From positions 286,694-350,693 of the forward strand of contig OY730443.1 in assembly GCA_963422705.1 (NCBI GenBank): a DNA stretch of 64,000 nt, in the 5' to 3' direction. Every line of letters begins with the position of its first letter. Position 1 is the stretch's first letter. This stretch comes from Candidatus Poribacteria bacterium. GTDB taxonomy: Bacteria > Poribacteria > WGA-4E > WGA-3G. Below, piece by piece: positions 22,494 through 30,779 of this stretch. A program made the translations under genes and the position numbers. The notes under the pieces are model-generated. The model was not told the origin of the DNA. It saw only the letters and a program-made list of their open reading frames with translations, and did no database searches.

Positions 22494-23288
22494 TTGCTCC
22501 AGGAACCGCTAACCCTAATGAGAGAGGTGAATAATATGTTACGGAATTTACTTTCGAGTCGAATGATTCAAGGCGGTTTGGTTTTCTTTGTGCTGATTGT
22601 GGGAGGCAGCCTGCTGTATAGTTGGCACGTCCGGCGCACGAGGGATGCCGATTTCCCGGGCCCCGATGCCGTTCAGGTGAACCCTCGGGAGGGAGCACGG
22701 GACAGTGGGGGGATTCTCCCGGTGGACTTTGGACAGGCTACCCCTGGGCTTGAGGCGGATGACACGCCTACTGTGTCCGATGACACGGCGGCCCCTTCAA
22801 CGAGTGAGACGGCCGCCGAGACGATTGACAGCACTGAGACGATTGACAGCATTGAGACGATTGAGACGGATGCTGTTTCAGCGGACGCACTGGATCCTTC
22901 AAAGATGTCACGCTTCGGACTCGGGCCCTACCCCGAAATACCAAAGGATGGGGACTTTCCACCCAATTATTTGGAAACCGCCGAGAATATAGAATGGGAA
23001 TTGCTCAGACGTATAGCCATCAAGATGCATAACGAGGGCATACGTTCCAAATACGGTAGTGTTGGTATTGAACGGACTGGGATTATAGCGCTCGAAAGAG
23101 GCAGTGTCCTTGTTGAATACGAGATTGATGAGAATGGCGAGAAAAGTATATATCGCACACTTGCTCATCCCGATGATCTCTCGCCAGGCATCTACACGCG
23201 CTTTAGCGATATTCCTTCACACCTGGAAATTGTCACACCTGATGAGATAGGGTTTGACCCCTATGAATACTTAGGGCTTTCTAAATAA
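22494..23288 (+). CDS. membrane-anchored hypothetical protein with an acidic Thr/Glu/Asp repeat linker
   Basis: The likely start is ATG 22536 (RBS gagagagg; MLRNLL... then TM helix GGLVFFVLIVGGSLLYSW). Linker ETIDSTETIDSIETIETD. C-terminal about 150-aa domain ending YEYLGLSK. Confidence 0.5.
   Translation: MLQEPLTLMREVNNMLRNLLSSRMIQGGLVFFVLIVGGSLLYSWHVRRTRDADFPGPDAVQVNPREGARDSGGILPVDFGQATPGLEADDTPTVSDDTAAPSTSETAAETIDSTETIDSIETIETDAVSADALDPSKMSRFGLGPYPEIPKDGDFPPNYLETAENIEWELLRRIAIKMHNEGIRSKYGSVGIERTGIIALERGSVLVEYEIDENGEKSIYRTLAHPDDLSPGIYTRFSDIPSHLEIVTPDEIGFDPYEYLGLSK
22819..22872 (+). repeat. 3 x 18-bp in-frame minisatellite (gagacgattgacagcayt) encoding the TETIDS repeats
   Basis: Tandem copies at 22819, 22837 and 22855. 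Confidence 0.6.
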
Positions 23289-23299
23289 AGGAGTTTATC

Positions 23300-23866
23300 A
23301 TGAAAAAAATTACAGCGTTCTTTACGATTGCACTACTCGTTTGTATCACAATCTTTGCCGCCTTTGCTAACATAAACCGCGATGCGTCCTATTCCTATTT
23401 AACCCGCGAGGGGCCTGATGATGATTTCCCCGGCCAGTATTCAGATCAAAGCAATACAGGTACTGATAGTCAGGGGCCTCTCTATAGCACAGGGTCTTCC
23501 TGGTTTGGCTATTTTCGTGACGCTGACGGAAACTTAAGGTGTGCTGCCGATGGTTACGGGTATGTTTCTTGCTCTACAGATAACAAGAACTACGAAACAA
23601 CGTATAACCTGTATGCGGAAGTGCCATTGGGGTTACAAAACCCGAATAAACGAAACCCACAGACACTACCAAAATTGGGTTCTTTCTATGATTCTGTACA
23701 CCGATTTGGTGAGGGCAATGGCGCGTTGTATGCCATGGGCGGCGCAATCGGACGTGCGTCAGCAACCGGTAAGAATCCGTCAAGTGGTGCCGAACACAGC
23801 ACATCCGCCGAGTCACCAACACCGGTCACCGCCCGCGATCTTGAGATCCTCGAGCACGATGACTAA
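23300..23866 (+). CDS. secreted hypothetical protein
   Basis: Perfect RBS aaggag 6 nt upstream. Signal peptide MKKITAFFTIALLVCITIFAAFA. Gly/Ser/Tyr-rich mature region. Confidence 0.5.
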   Translation: MKKITAFFTIALLVCITIFAAFANINRDASYSYLTREGPDDDFPGQYSDQSNTGTDSQGPLYSTGSSWFGYFRDADGNLRCAADGYGYVSCSTDNKNYETTYNLYAEVPLGLQNPNKRNPQTLPKLGSFYDSVHRFGEGNGALYAMGGAIGRASATGKNPSSGAEHSTSAESPTPVTARDLEILEHDD

Positions 23867-23895
23867 TTGGTACAATAGCGTAGGATATTCCGCTT

Positions 23896-24189
23896 GTGAA
23901 TAATTTCCTATCCCATTTTTACCCTTTCTTGAGACGCGCCGGTTATCTCTTGATAGCTGGCGCGTCCTTATTAATCGGTATTTTCTTTATCTATATTGAT
24001 AGGTATTTTCTTTATCTATCGTTTTTTGGGTGCGAGCGCGGAGCGGGTTGTGAAAGTCAAGGTTGTTCCTGTAGAGGCATTAAGTCGTGCGAGAGCCCCC
24101 GCCTGTTGCTTTTGATTCCTTTGCTTACTACCGGACGATTTAGGAAGGATTATTTTCTAATTCGCTCTGTTTTTTTTAGAGTTTGTTAA
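23896..24189 (+). CDS. small hypothetical membrane protein with a Cys-rich tail (weak call)
   Basis: GTG start. One TM segment. CERGAGCESQGCSCRGIKSC. Contains an 18-bp tandem duplication (ggtattttctttatctat x2). Confidence 0.2.
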   Translation: MNNFLSHFYPFLRRAGYLLIAGASLLIGIFFIYIDRYFLYLSFFGCERGAGCESQGCSCRGIKSCESPRLLLLIPLLTTGRFRKDYFLIRSVFFRVC

Positions 24190-24274
24190 AATCTAAACTT
24201 TTTTTTAAATTTTTCGTTAATAAATAAACGGTGCTGAGTCTCAATATAGGTTTATCTCATCTTCCGCTACAAAA

Positions 24275-24420
24275 CCCAATTCTTTAGGGGTGGGATGTAG
24301 TAGCGGTGAACGTCTGATATCTCATAAAACTAACAATTTTTACACATTGGCGTTACAACCCTAATCTTTGTGGTATAATTAATAGTATGAAAGTATCTGG
24401 TTCACTTCAGTGAACCGGTA
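24275..24420 (+). mobile_element. solo IS200/IS605-family left end (gene-less LE remnant / MITE-like) carrying an outward promoter
   Basis: cccaattctttaggggtgggatgtagtagcgg...tctgatatc is homologous to the LE of copies A and B (ccccttgctttagctgggggatgtagacaccgtctatag). Then tgtgGTATAATtaatagtat is shared with the A and C LE promoters. Then hairpin ggttcacttcagtgaacc. No tnp genes follow. Confidence 0.5.
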
Positions 24421-24503
24421 GTGGCGGAAATGGGTTTTCCCGCATGACACGGCCCTTGGGCTTTCGCTTGGAAGTCCCTGTTGCCTCGTCTTAAACACGA
24501 GGA

Positions 24504-27011
24504 ATGTTCCTACAAGGAACAAAAGAACCCCATGCATTTAGGCGTGGGAGTATGTCAGAAGTTTTGTCTTACCTGTGGAGGTTACTTATGCAGGGGACGA
24601 GTCGTGATTTTCGGCGGCGGAGTTCTTCTTACGGGCGCGCGAGTTTCAAGAGACAAGAAGACGAAGTGTTAACCACAAGGGAAGAAATCCCTGAATCTTT
24701 GGAAGGACGGTTACAGAAACTCCTTTTAAAAGGAGAAGAAGTTAAGGTATCAGTTTCAACAGATCTTCGGTTTGACGGCACTTACGGCAAGGATTGGTTA
24801 ATTGCGACGAACAAACGTCTGCTTGCTTTTAATCAAAACGGTTCGCCGGAGCACGAGCTCCGTGAAATTTCGTTTGCTTCGGTTGAGACGGTTGATGTTC
24901 AGGAAATGCACGGCAACAACATTCTCAAAGTGCGTACGCCGGGCAATGCCGCGGAAGTGGCACGTTATTCGCGAAGGATTGCGCCGAAGTTTGAGTTGGT
25001 AACGCCGGAGTTAGAATCTCTCGCGAAGGAAGCGAATCCGGGGATTCAGACTGAGGAACGGCAGCCGAAGCCTAAGGGATTAGGCAAAAACAAGGACAAA
25101 TGTGAAACGTGCGCTCAACCGATTCCGAGCTGGGCGGGTGTCTGTATTAATTGTGTCGAAAAGCGGAAGCTGATTTTGCGGTTGATTGGTTACGCGTTTC
25201 CGTTCTGGCACGTTATTGTCCCGGCGCTTGCGTTGATGATGGTGATTCGGGCAGTCTCGCTTTATCCGGCTATTCTCAGTAAGCAGATGGTGGATAATAT
25301 TCTGAACCCGGTTGCGAACGCGGTTAGCCAAAGTGTACCGATTCCGGTAACCAGCTGGGGGCATCTTGAAGGCGTGATGAATTGGTTAGGTACCTGGTTC
25401 ACATCAATCCCCGCGCCGGGGCAGTGGGGGCATCTGCTGATTCTTGTTCTTTTGATGGCGTCAGTGAACATTTTTTCGACTGTCACGTCTGCTATTCGGG
25501 GCTATATGATGGCGTGGGTGGGCCAGAATGTCACGCGTCGGCTCCGTAATGAGACGTACGAACATCTCAACGGGCTCTCCCTCGATTTTTATCAGGAACG
25601 TGATACCGGAAACCTGATGTCAAGAATTACGCAGGATGTCGGGCGGCTCCGTGACTTCATCGCCAATGGGGTGCAGGACATTATCGGCGATTCTCTGACA
25701 ATCATTTTTATCGCCGTTATCATGTTTTTTGAGAACTGGCAATTGGCGTTGTGGGCGCTGCTCCCGATACCGTGCTTAATTTTCTTTACCATCTTTTTCG
25801 GTAAAAAGCTGAGCAAAGTCTTCACGGTTTTATGGAAAAGGTACGCTACCATCAGTACCATCTTAGCCAGCACGATTCCGGGGGTTCGTGTCGTAAAAGC
25901 GTTTGCCCGCGAGCGGTATGAGGTGAGTCGTTTTAACGAGCAGACGTATCAAATTTTCCATGGTGAAATGAATGCTGCAAAATTGTGGACGCTTTACCGT
26001 CCTATCATGGGATTTATCATCTTTTCCGGTTCAATTCTCATCTGGTTGATAGGTGGGCAACAGATATTCAACGGTGAACTGACACTTGGCGGGCTATTCA
26101 TGTTCCAAAGTTTGATGCATCGGTTCTTCGGGCCGGTATACACGCTCTGTCACATGAATGAACGTTTTGTTCGTGCGGCAACTTCCGCGGACCGGGTATT
26201 TGAGGTATTAGACACTCCCCCCTCTGTCGTAGATAAACCGGATGCCATCGCGCTTGAAAATGTGAGAGGTGATGTCGAATTTAAAGATGTCTATTTTTCT
26301 TACGATACCGAAAAGAATGCCCTTAACGGTGTGAGTTTCCAGGCAAAAGCCGGTGAAATGATCGGATTGGTTGGGCATAGTGGTGCCGGAAAGAGCACGC
26401 TTATCAATTTGATTACCCGATTTTACGATTCGAGTTCAGGCATCATAGAGATTGATGGGCACGACAGTCAAACAGTCCGGTTAAAGGCGTTACGTCGGCA
26501 AATCGGCGTCGTGCTACAAGACCCGTTTCTGTTTCAAGGGAGCATAGCCGATAATATCGGGTATTCGAAACCGGATGCGACGCGTCATGAAATTGTAGCG
26601 GCGGCAAAGGCTGCGAACGCGCATGATTTTATTGTTCAGTTCACGGATGGTTACGATACCATGGTTGGTGAGCGTGGTGCGCGGGTATCGGGTGGTGAAC
26701 GGCAGCGCATTTCTATTGCGCGTGCGATTTTGAAAAATCCACGCATCCTCATCCTTGATGAAGCGACTTCCTCCGTGGACACTGAAACCGAATCGAAGAT
26801 TCAAGAGGCGCTCGAACGTCTTGTGCGTGGACGCACCGTCTTCGCCATTGCGCATCGACTGTCAACCCTTAAGTATGCCGATAAACTCATTGTTTTAAAA
26901 GATGGTGAAGTCGACGAGATGGGCACGCATGAAGAATTACTTGCTAAAGAGGGGACGTATGCATCTCTGTGTGAAAAACAGACAGAGTTGTCAAAAATTC
27001 GGGCATGGTAA
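24504..27011 (+). CDS. ABC exporter (fused TMD-NBD, MsbA-like) with an N-terminal bacterial PH-like domain and a zinc ribbon
   Basis: The likely start is ATG 24588 (GGAGG-6nt-ATG). N-terminal YGKDWLIATNKRLLAF PH-like block and CETC...CINC ribbon. Six TM helices. Walker A GHSGAGKST, signature VSGGERQR, Walker B ILILDEATS. Confidence 0.8.
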   Translation: MFLQGTKEPHAFRRGSMSEVLSYLWRLLMQGTSRDFRRRSSSYGRASFKRQEDEVLTTREEIPESLEGRLQKLLLKGEEVKVSVSTDLRFDGTYGKDWLIATNKRLLAFNQNGSPEHELREISFASVETVDVQEMHGNNILKVRTPGNAAEVARYSRRIAPKFELVTPELESLAKEANPGIQTEERQPKPKGLGKNKDKCETCAQPIPSWAGVCINCVEKRKLILRLIGYAFPFWHVIVPALALMMVIRAVSLYPAILSKQMVDNILNPVANAVSQSVPIPVTSWGHLEGVMNWLGTWFTSIPAPGQWGHLLILVLLMASVNIFSTVTSAIRGYMMAWVGQNVTRRLRNETYEHLNGLSLDFYQERDTGNLMSRITQDVGRLRDFIANGVQDIIGDSLTIIFIAVIMFFENWQLALWALLPIPCLIFFTIFFGKKLSKVFTVLWKRYATISTILASTIPGVRVVKAFARERYEVSRFNEQTYQIFHGEMNAAKLWTLYRPIMGFIIFSGSILIWLIGGQQIFNGELTLGGLFMFQSLMHRFFGPVYTLCHMNERFVRAATSADRVFEVLDTPPSVVDKPDAIALENVRGDVEFKDVYFSYDTEKNALNGVSFQAKAGEMIGLVGHSGAGKSTLINLITRFYDSSSGIIEIDGHDSQTVRLKALRRQIGVVLQDPFLFQGSIADNIGYSKPDATRHEIVAAAKAANAHDFIVQFTDGYDTMVGERGARVSGGERQRISIARAILKNPRILILDEATSSVDTETESKIQEALERLVRGRTVFAIAHRLSTLKYADKLIVLKDGEVDEMGTHEELLAKEGTYASLCEKQTELSKIRAW

Positions 27012-27052
27012 CCGCAATGAACAGCGGAAAGACGCTCGCCCTGAATTAACAC

Positions 27053-27090
27053 GCGCTAAAGCGGATGTACGCTTTGGCGGCGGATGTACG
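27053..27090 (+). repeat. perfect 19-bp tandem duplication (gcggatgtacgctttggcg x2), followed by the palindrome taggcccgcccgggccta at 27093-27110
   Basis: Read directly from the sequence. Sits between the ABC stop (27011) and the next ORF. Confidence 0.6.
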
Positions 27091-27175
27091 CTTTGGCGCG
27101 TAGGCCCGCCCGGGCCTAGGGGCTATTCTAAAATCTACAACGATAAATGCGTAATCCTTAGAGGAACTCACGAGC

Positions 27176-27685
27176 ATGCATGAACCTATTCACATCACAG
27201 ATGAATTACAATTCCTTGACGTAAGTCAACTTAATATTAATCGGAACTCGTTTAAAGAACTGGTTGTTAACCTTCCTAATGGCATTGAGCATGCGAACGT
27301 TGAGCCCATTCTGACGTTCCCCCTCACAGAACCAAACAAGTACATCGCATTATTAGATAGTGATTCAAATGAGCTGGGCATCATCGAGGACATCAATCAG
27401 CTCTCCGGTTCCTCGCGGAAAATCTTAGCTGAGGAATTAGAAAGGCGTTATTTCATGCCGAAGATTACCAAAATCCACTCCTTAGAGGGAAAATTTGGGA
27501 TTACCAAATGGGTTGTGGAAACGAACCGTGGCGGGGTAGAGTTTGGCTTAAAGACGCGTTACGATGTGGTTACACTTGAAAGTGGGCAAGTGCTTATTAA
27601 AGATGCCGATGGGAATCGCTATGAGATTGAGAATTATAATCGTTTGGATTCCAAGAGTCTTGCTCTGCTGGAAACACAAATATAG
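27176..27685 (+). CDS. small conserved hypothetical protein (DUF1854-like), probably co-transcribed with the ABC exporter
   Basis: 169-aa ORF. RBS gagga upstream. Same strand, 165 bp after the ABC gene. Family assignment is from memory of the common ABC+DUF1854 pairing and was not searched. Confidence 0.45.
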   Translation: MHEPIHITDELQFLDVSQLNINRNSFKELVVNLPNGIEHANVEPILTFPLTEPNKYIALLDSDSNELGIIEDINQLSGSSRKILAEELERRYFMPKITKIHSLEGKFGITKWVVETNRGGVEFGLKTRYDVVTLESGQVLIKDADGNRYEIENYNRLDSKSLALLETQI

Positions 27686-27696
27686 GGAAAAGTACG

Positions 27697-28830
27697 ATGC
27701 AGCATCATGTTAAAATTGAGCGTATTGAGTGTGCGCGGTTAAGAGGCGAACGTCCCCGTAAAGCTGGCTGCAATTCTCGGTTGGGTGAGCACGGGTTGCA
27801 TGTGCATCCGAGTATCGCGCGGATAACGACTTCGGAGGGTGTGAGTGGGATGGGGCGTTCCTCGATTTCACAAGAAGCTGCGGCGTCCGTGGTAGGTTTC
27901 GAGCTTCGTGATGCCTTCGATATGGATAGCGGCGTGACGGAAAAGTTCCGCGGGCTGGAATATCCTCTCTGGGAGCTCGTCGGGCAGTTGGAGCAGAAGC
28001 CGGTTTATGAACTGCTCTCTGGAAGGAACGCGGAATTCCGCGCACGGTGCTACGATACCTCGTTATACATCGATGATTTGCATCTGGCTGATGATGCCGA
28101 AGCTGCGGCGCTCATCGCCTCCGAGGCACTAGAGGGCGTGGCGCGTGGGCATACCGCCTTTAAAATTAAGGTAGGGCGGGGTGCGATGCACATGCCGCTT
28201 GAAAAGGGCACGCGGCGGGATATTCTCGTCATTCGTGCCGTGCGAGAAGCAGTCGGGCCCGATGCCACTATCCTCATCGATGCAAACAACGGATATAACC
28301 TCAATTTAACAAAGCGGGTATTAGCGGAAACCGCTGATGCAGATGTCTATTGGGTTGAGGAGGCGTTTCACGAAGATGCGCGCTTGTATGGGCATCTGAG
28401 AGAATGGCTGAACACAGAACGGTTGAATACCCGAATCGCCGATGGCGAGGGGGGCGCCTCACCCCACTTGTTAGAGTGGGCTAAAGACGGGCTCGTTGAT
28501 ATCGTCCAATACGATATTTTCAGCCCCGGTTTCTCGCGATGGCTTGAACTAGGGCCGCAGTTGGACAAATGGAACGTTGGCACTGCCCCGCATCATTACG
28601 GTGGATATTACGGAAACTACGTCTCAGCACACCTCCCTGCAAAGGTGGAGCGGTTTGAATTTGTGGAGTGGGATAGTGCGATAACACCCGGTATCGACGA
28701 TTCGGCTTACTCAATATCAGATGGCTATGTGAATGTGCCGGACCTTCCCGGGTTTGGGCTGTTTCTTGACGAAACCGTGTACCAAAAAGCTGTTGCAGAG
28801 AACGGCTTTCTGGTATCTACCGCCCACTAA
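27697..28830 (+). CDS. enolase-superfamily enzyme (mandelate racemase / muconate lactonizing enzyme family)
   Basis: KIKVG (KxK), IDANNGY (Asp), WVEEAF (Glu), IADGEGG (Asp) metal ligands in canonical order. Confidence 0.7.
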   Translation: MQHHVKIERIECARLRGERPRKAGCNSRLGEHGLHVHPSIARITTSEGVSGMGRSSISQEAAASVVGFELRDAFDMDSGVTEKFRGLEYPLWELVGQLEQKPVYELLSGRNAEFRARCYDTSLYIDDLHLADDAEAAALIASEALEGVARGHTAFKIKVGRGAMHMPLEKGTRRDILVIRAVREAVGPDATILIDANNGYNLNLTKRVLAETADADVYWVEEAFHEDARLYGHLREWLNTERLNTRIADGEGGASPHLLEWAKDGLVDIVQYDIFSPGFSRWLELGPQLDKWNVGTAPHHYGGYYGNYVSAHLPAKVERFEFVEWDSAITPGIDDSAYSISDGYVNVPDLPGFGLFLDETVYQKAVAENGFLVSTAH

Positions 28831-29094
28831 TCCGGGGCGCGCCTGGACGTGGGGCCAGGAAGCAACGGAGTGAGGTAGATGCAGCCCTTCCGCGCGATAA
28901 ATGGGAGCTGAGGGCAAACCGCAAAAAACGGAAGCGTTGACGCGTGCGATAAAAACGATACCGTCCCGACGGAAGGCATTCATCGAAGTGGACACATCAG
29001 GCATGCTTTTCGCATGACTTTAACGCTCCCCCGTCAAATCCCCCTGCTTTAGCTTGCCGGATGTAGACGGCGAAAACTCTGATAGAAAATATAG

Positions 29095-29123
29095 TTGACA
29101 ATCTAATCATAATGTGGTATAAT
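29095..29123 (+). promoter_or_regulatory. consensus sigma70 promoter TTGACA-17-TATAAT with extended TG, driving tnpA
   Basis: TTGACA at 29095-29100, 17-nt spacer ending tgTGg, TATAAT at 29118-29123. The tnpA ATG is at 29157. Confidence 0.6.
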
Positions 29124-29156
29124 ATACGATACACTATAATATAAAGGTAAGATATT

Positions 29157-29576
29157 ATGCCTCTCAAAATCGCGAATAAGAGACGTAATTACAAAACAAG
29201 CAACAAGACAATCTATCGTTGTCAATATCACGTGATTTGGTGTACCAAGTATCGTCGTAAGGTTTTGGATACACAGATACAAGGACGCCTGAAACACCTC
29301 ATACGATAAAAACAGGACGCGGATGAATATCAAATCTGCGAGGGTGAAACTCACCCTGAACCTGTCCATTTGCTAATAGAAATACCGCCAATACATGCTA
29401 TTGATAAAATCGTTGGCAAAATCAAAGGTTATACCGCTAAAGTTTTGCGAGAAGAATATCCTTCATTGAAAAGTCGTTTACCATTTCTGTGGACACGTTC
29501 AAAGTTTGTCAGTTCCTGTGGTGGCGTAACGCTCCACGTCATGAAGGACTATATTGAAGCTCAAAGTGGACAATGA
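29157..29576 (+). pseudogene. tnpA: tnpA (IS200-type Y1 HuH transposase) with an in-frame TAA and a mutated HuH motif
   Basis: YRCQYHVIWCTKYRRKVL N-terminal block. In-frame TAA at 29307-29309 (codon 51). The HuH region reads EPVHLLI rather than DHVHLL, so the first His is lost. The C-terminal catalytic-Tyr region KDYIEAQ is present. Confidence 0.7.
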
Positions 29577-30685
29577 GAAAAACCAGCAAGTTCAAACTTC
29601 AAAATCAATCGAACATCGTCAAAATCGGCAATATGCTTGACGATATGTGGCAGATACATCTGCATATCATGCTTTTACAGCGTAGGTTTTATCGCCTGTT
29701 CGGTAAAACCCTGCCCGCATCTCGCATCAACAAACATATTGTGAAACTCAAGAAGCGCACAAAACCACATTGGGCAGACTTGCCGAGTCAAGTTGTGCAA
29801 GACGTTGTTCTGCGATATGGCAAATCACAAGACGCATTTTTCCAAAACATAGAAGAACGCAAAGCCGGTAAGACAAGCCGTAAAGTCGGTAAACCGAAAA
29901 TCAAACCGAGACACAAATACAACTCTATGACTTTCACACAAGCAGGCTACAGACGTGAAAAAAATCGTATCAAAATCAACTGTATAGATACGTGGTTCTC
30001 TTTCCACAAACACCGTGACATCAACGGGACAATCAAGACGATGACACTCAAACGGGACAGGTGTGGTGACTATTGGATATGCTTTTCGTGCGATAATGTT
30101 GACGATTCCGAACCGAAACTCAAGACGGGTAAGAGCGCAGGGTTTGATTACGGAAACAAAACATTCCTTACAAGCGACGAAGGCAACAAGATAGAATCTC
30201 CGCAGTTTTTCAAACACTCCCTGAAAACGTTGCGATGCCTGAGCAAAGCCCTGAGTCGTAAAGTCAAAGGTTCTAACAACTATTATCGTGCGTGTCGTGC
30301 TTTGGCGCGGCACCACAGAAAAGTCGCCCGCCAACGCAAAGATTGGCAGTGGAAACTTGCCACCAAACTTTGCACGGCGTTTGATATCCTCTGTTTTGAA
30401 ACACTAAATCTTGACGGTATGAAACGCCTCTGGGGCCGCAAAGTCTCTGAACACGCAGAGGATCAGTTCATACAGATATTGGAACAGAAGTGTGCAAAGC
30501 ACGGTAAAAAACTTTTTTCACTCCGTCAGTGGACAGCAACAACAAAACCATGCAGTGACTGTGGATACCATAACAAAGAACTCACTCTTTCTGATAGACA
30601 GTGGACTTGTCCCGACTGTGGTTCTCAGCACGATAGAGACGTCAACGCTGCTATCAATATCAAACGGGTAGGCTTGGCTGCCTAA
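29573..30685 (+). CDS. tnpB: TnpB (IS605 OrfB; RNA-guided RuvC nuclease), apparently intact
   Basis: 370 aa. RuvC-I GFDYGNK, RuvC-II CFETLNLDGMKRLWG, zinc finger CSDCGY...CPDCGS, RuvC-III HDRDVNAAINI. No frameshift. Confidence 0.85.
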   Translation: MRKTSKFKLQNQSNIVKIGNMLDDMWQIHLHIMLLQRRFYRLFGKTLPASRINKHIVKLKKRTKPHWADLPSQVVQDVVLRYGKSQDAFFQNIEERKAGKTSRKVGKPKIKPRHKYNSMTFTQAGYRREKNRIKINCIDTWFSFHKHRDINGTIKTMTLKRDRCGDYWICFSCDNVDDSEPKLKTGKSAGFDYGNKTFLTSDEGNKIESPQFFKHSLKTLRCLSKALSRKVKGSNNYYRACRALARHHRKVARQRKDWQWKLATKLCTAFDILCFETLNLDGMKRLWGRKVSEHAEDQFIQILEQKCAKHGKKLFSLRQWTATTKPCSDCGYHNKELTLSDRQWTCPDCGSQHDRDVNAAINIKRVGLAA

Positions 30686-30778
30686 AGTGGAGCGACAATG
30701 AGACGGGTTTTCTCTCAGAGAAAAGCGCCGTCGCTACGAAGCACAAGCCCCTACCTTTAGGTAGTGGGTACCTATGAC
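30560..30778 (+). ncRNA. predicted omegaRNA (TnpB guide-RNA scaffold) spanning the tnpB 3' end and RE; the guide would be the about 16 nt of flank after 30778
   Basis: Inferred from the established TnpB/OMEGA architecture. The RE block ggagcgaca.t.agacgg...gctacgaa..aagcccc..ctttag..gtgggt is conserved in copies A, B and C. Confidence 0.35.
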
Positions 30779-30779
30779 A

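Larger units (their letters stand above)
29032..30778 (+). mobile_element. IS200/IS605-family element copy B (tnpA + tnpB, IS605/IS608-like organisation)
   Basis: LE hairpin ccccctgctttagcttgccgg at 29040-29060. Consensus promoter. tnpA and tnpB overlap (ATGA). RE hairpin cccctacctttaggtagtggg at 30748-30768. The element ends at tatgac, abutting the stop of the PhyH gene. Confidence 0.75.

Noticed and set aside
22459-22512. Short ORF MKKNYSVLYTPYCSRNR as a real micro-protein
   Set aside because: It is the frameshifted duplicate of the MKKITAFFT... start of the 23300 gene (A8 vs A7) and is better explained as a recombination remnant.
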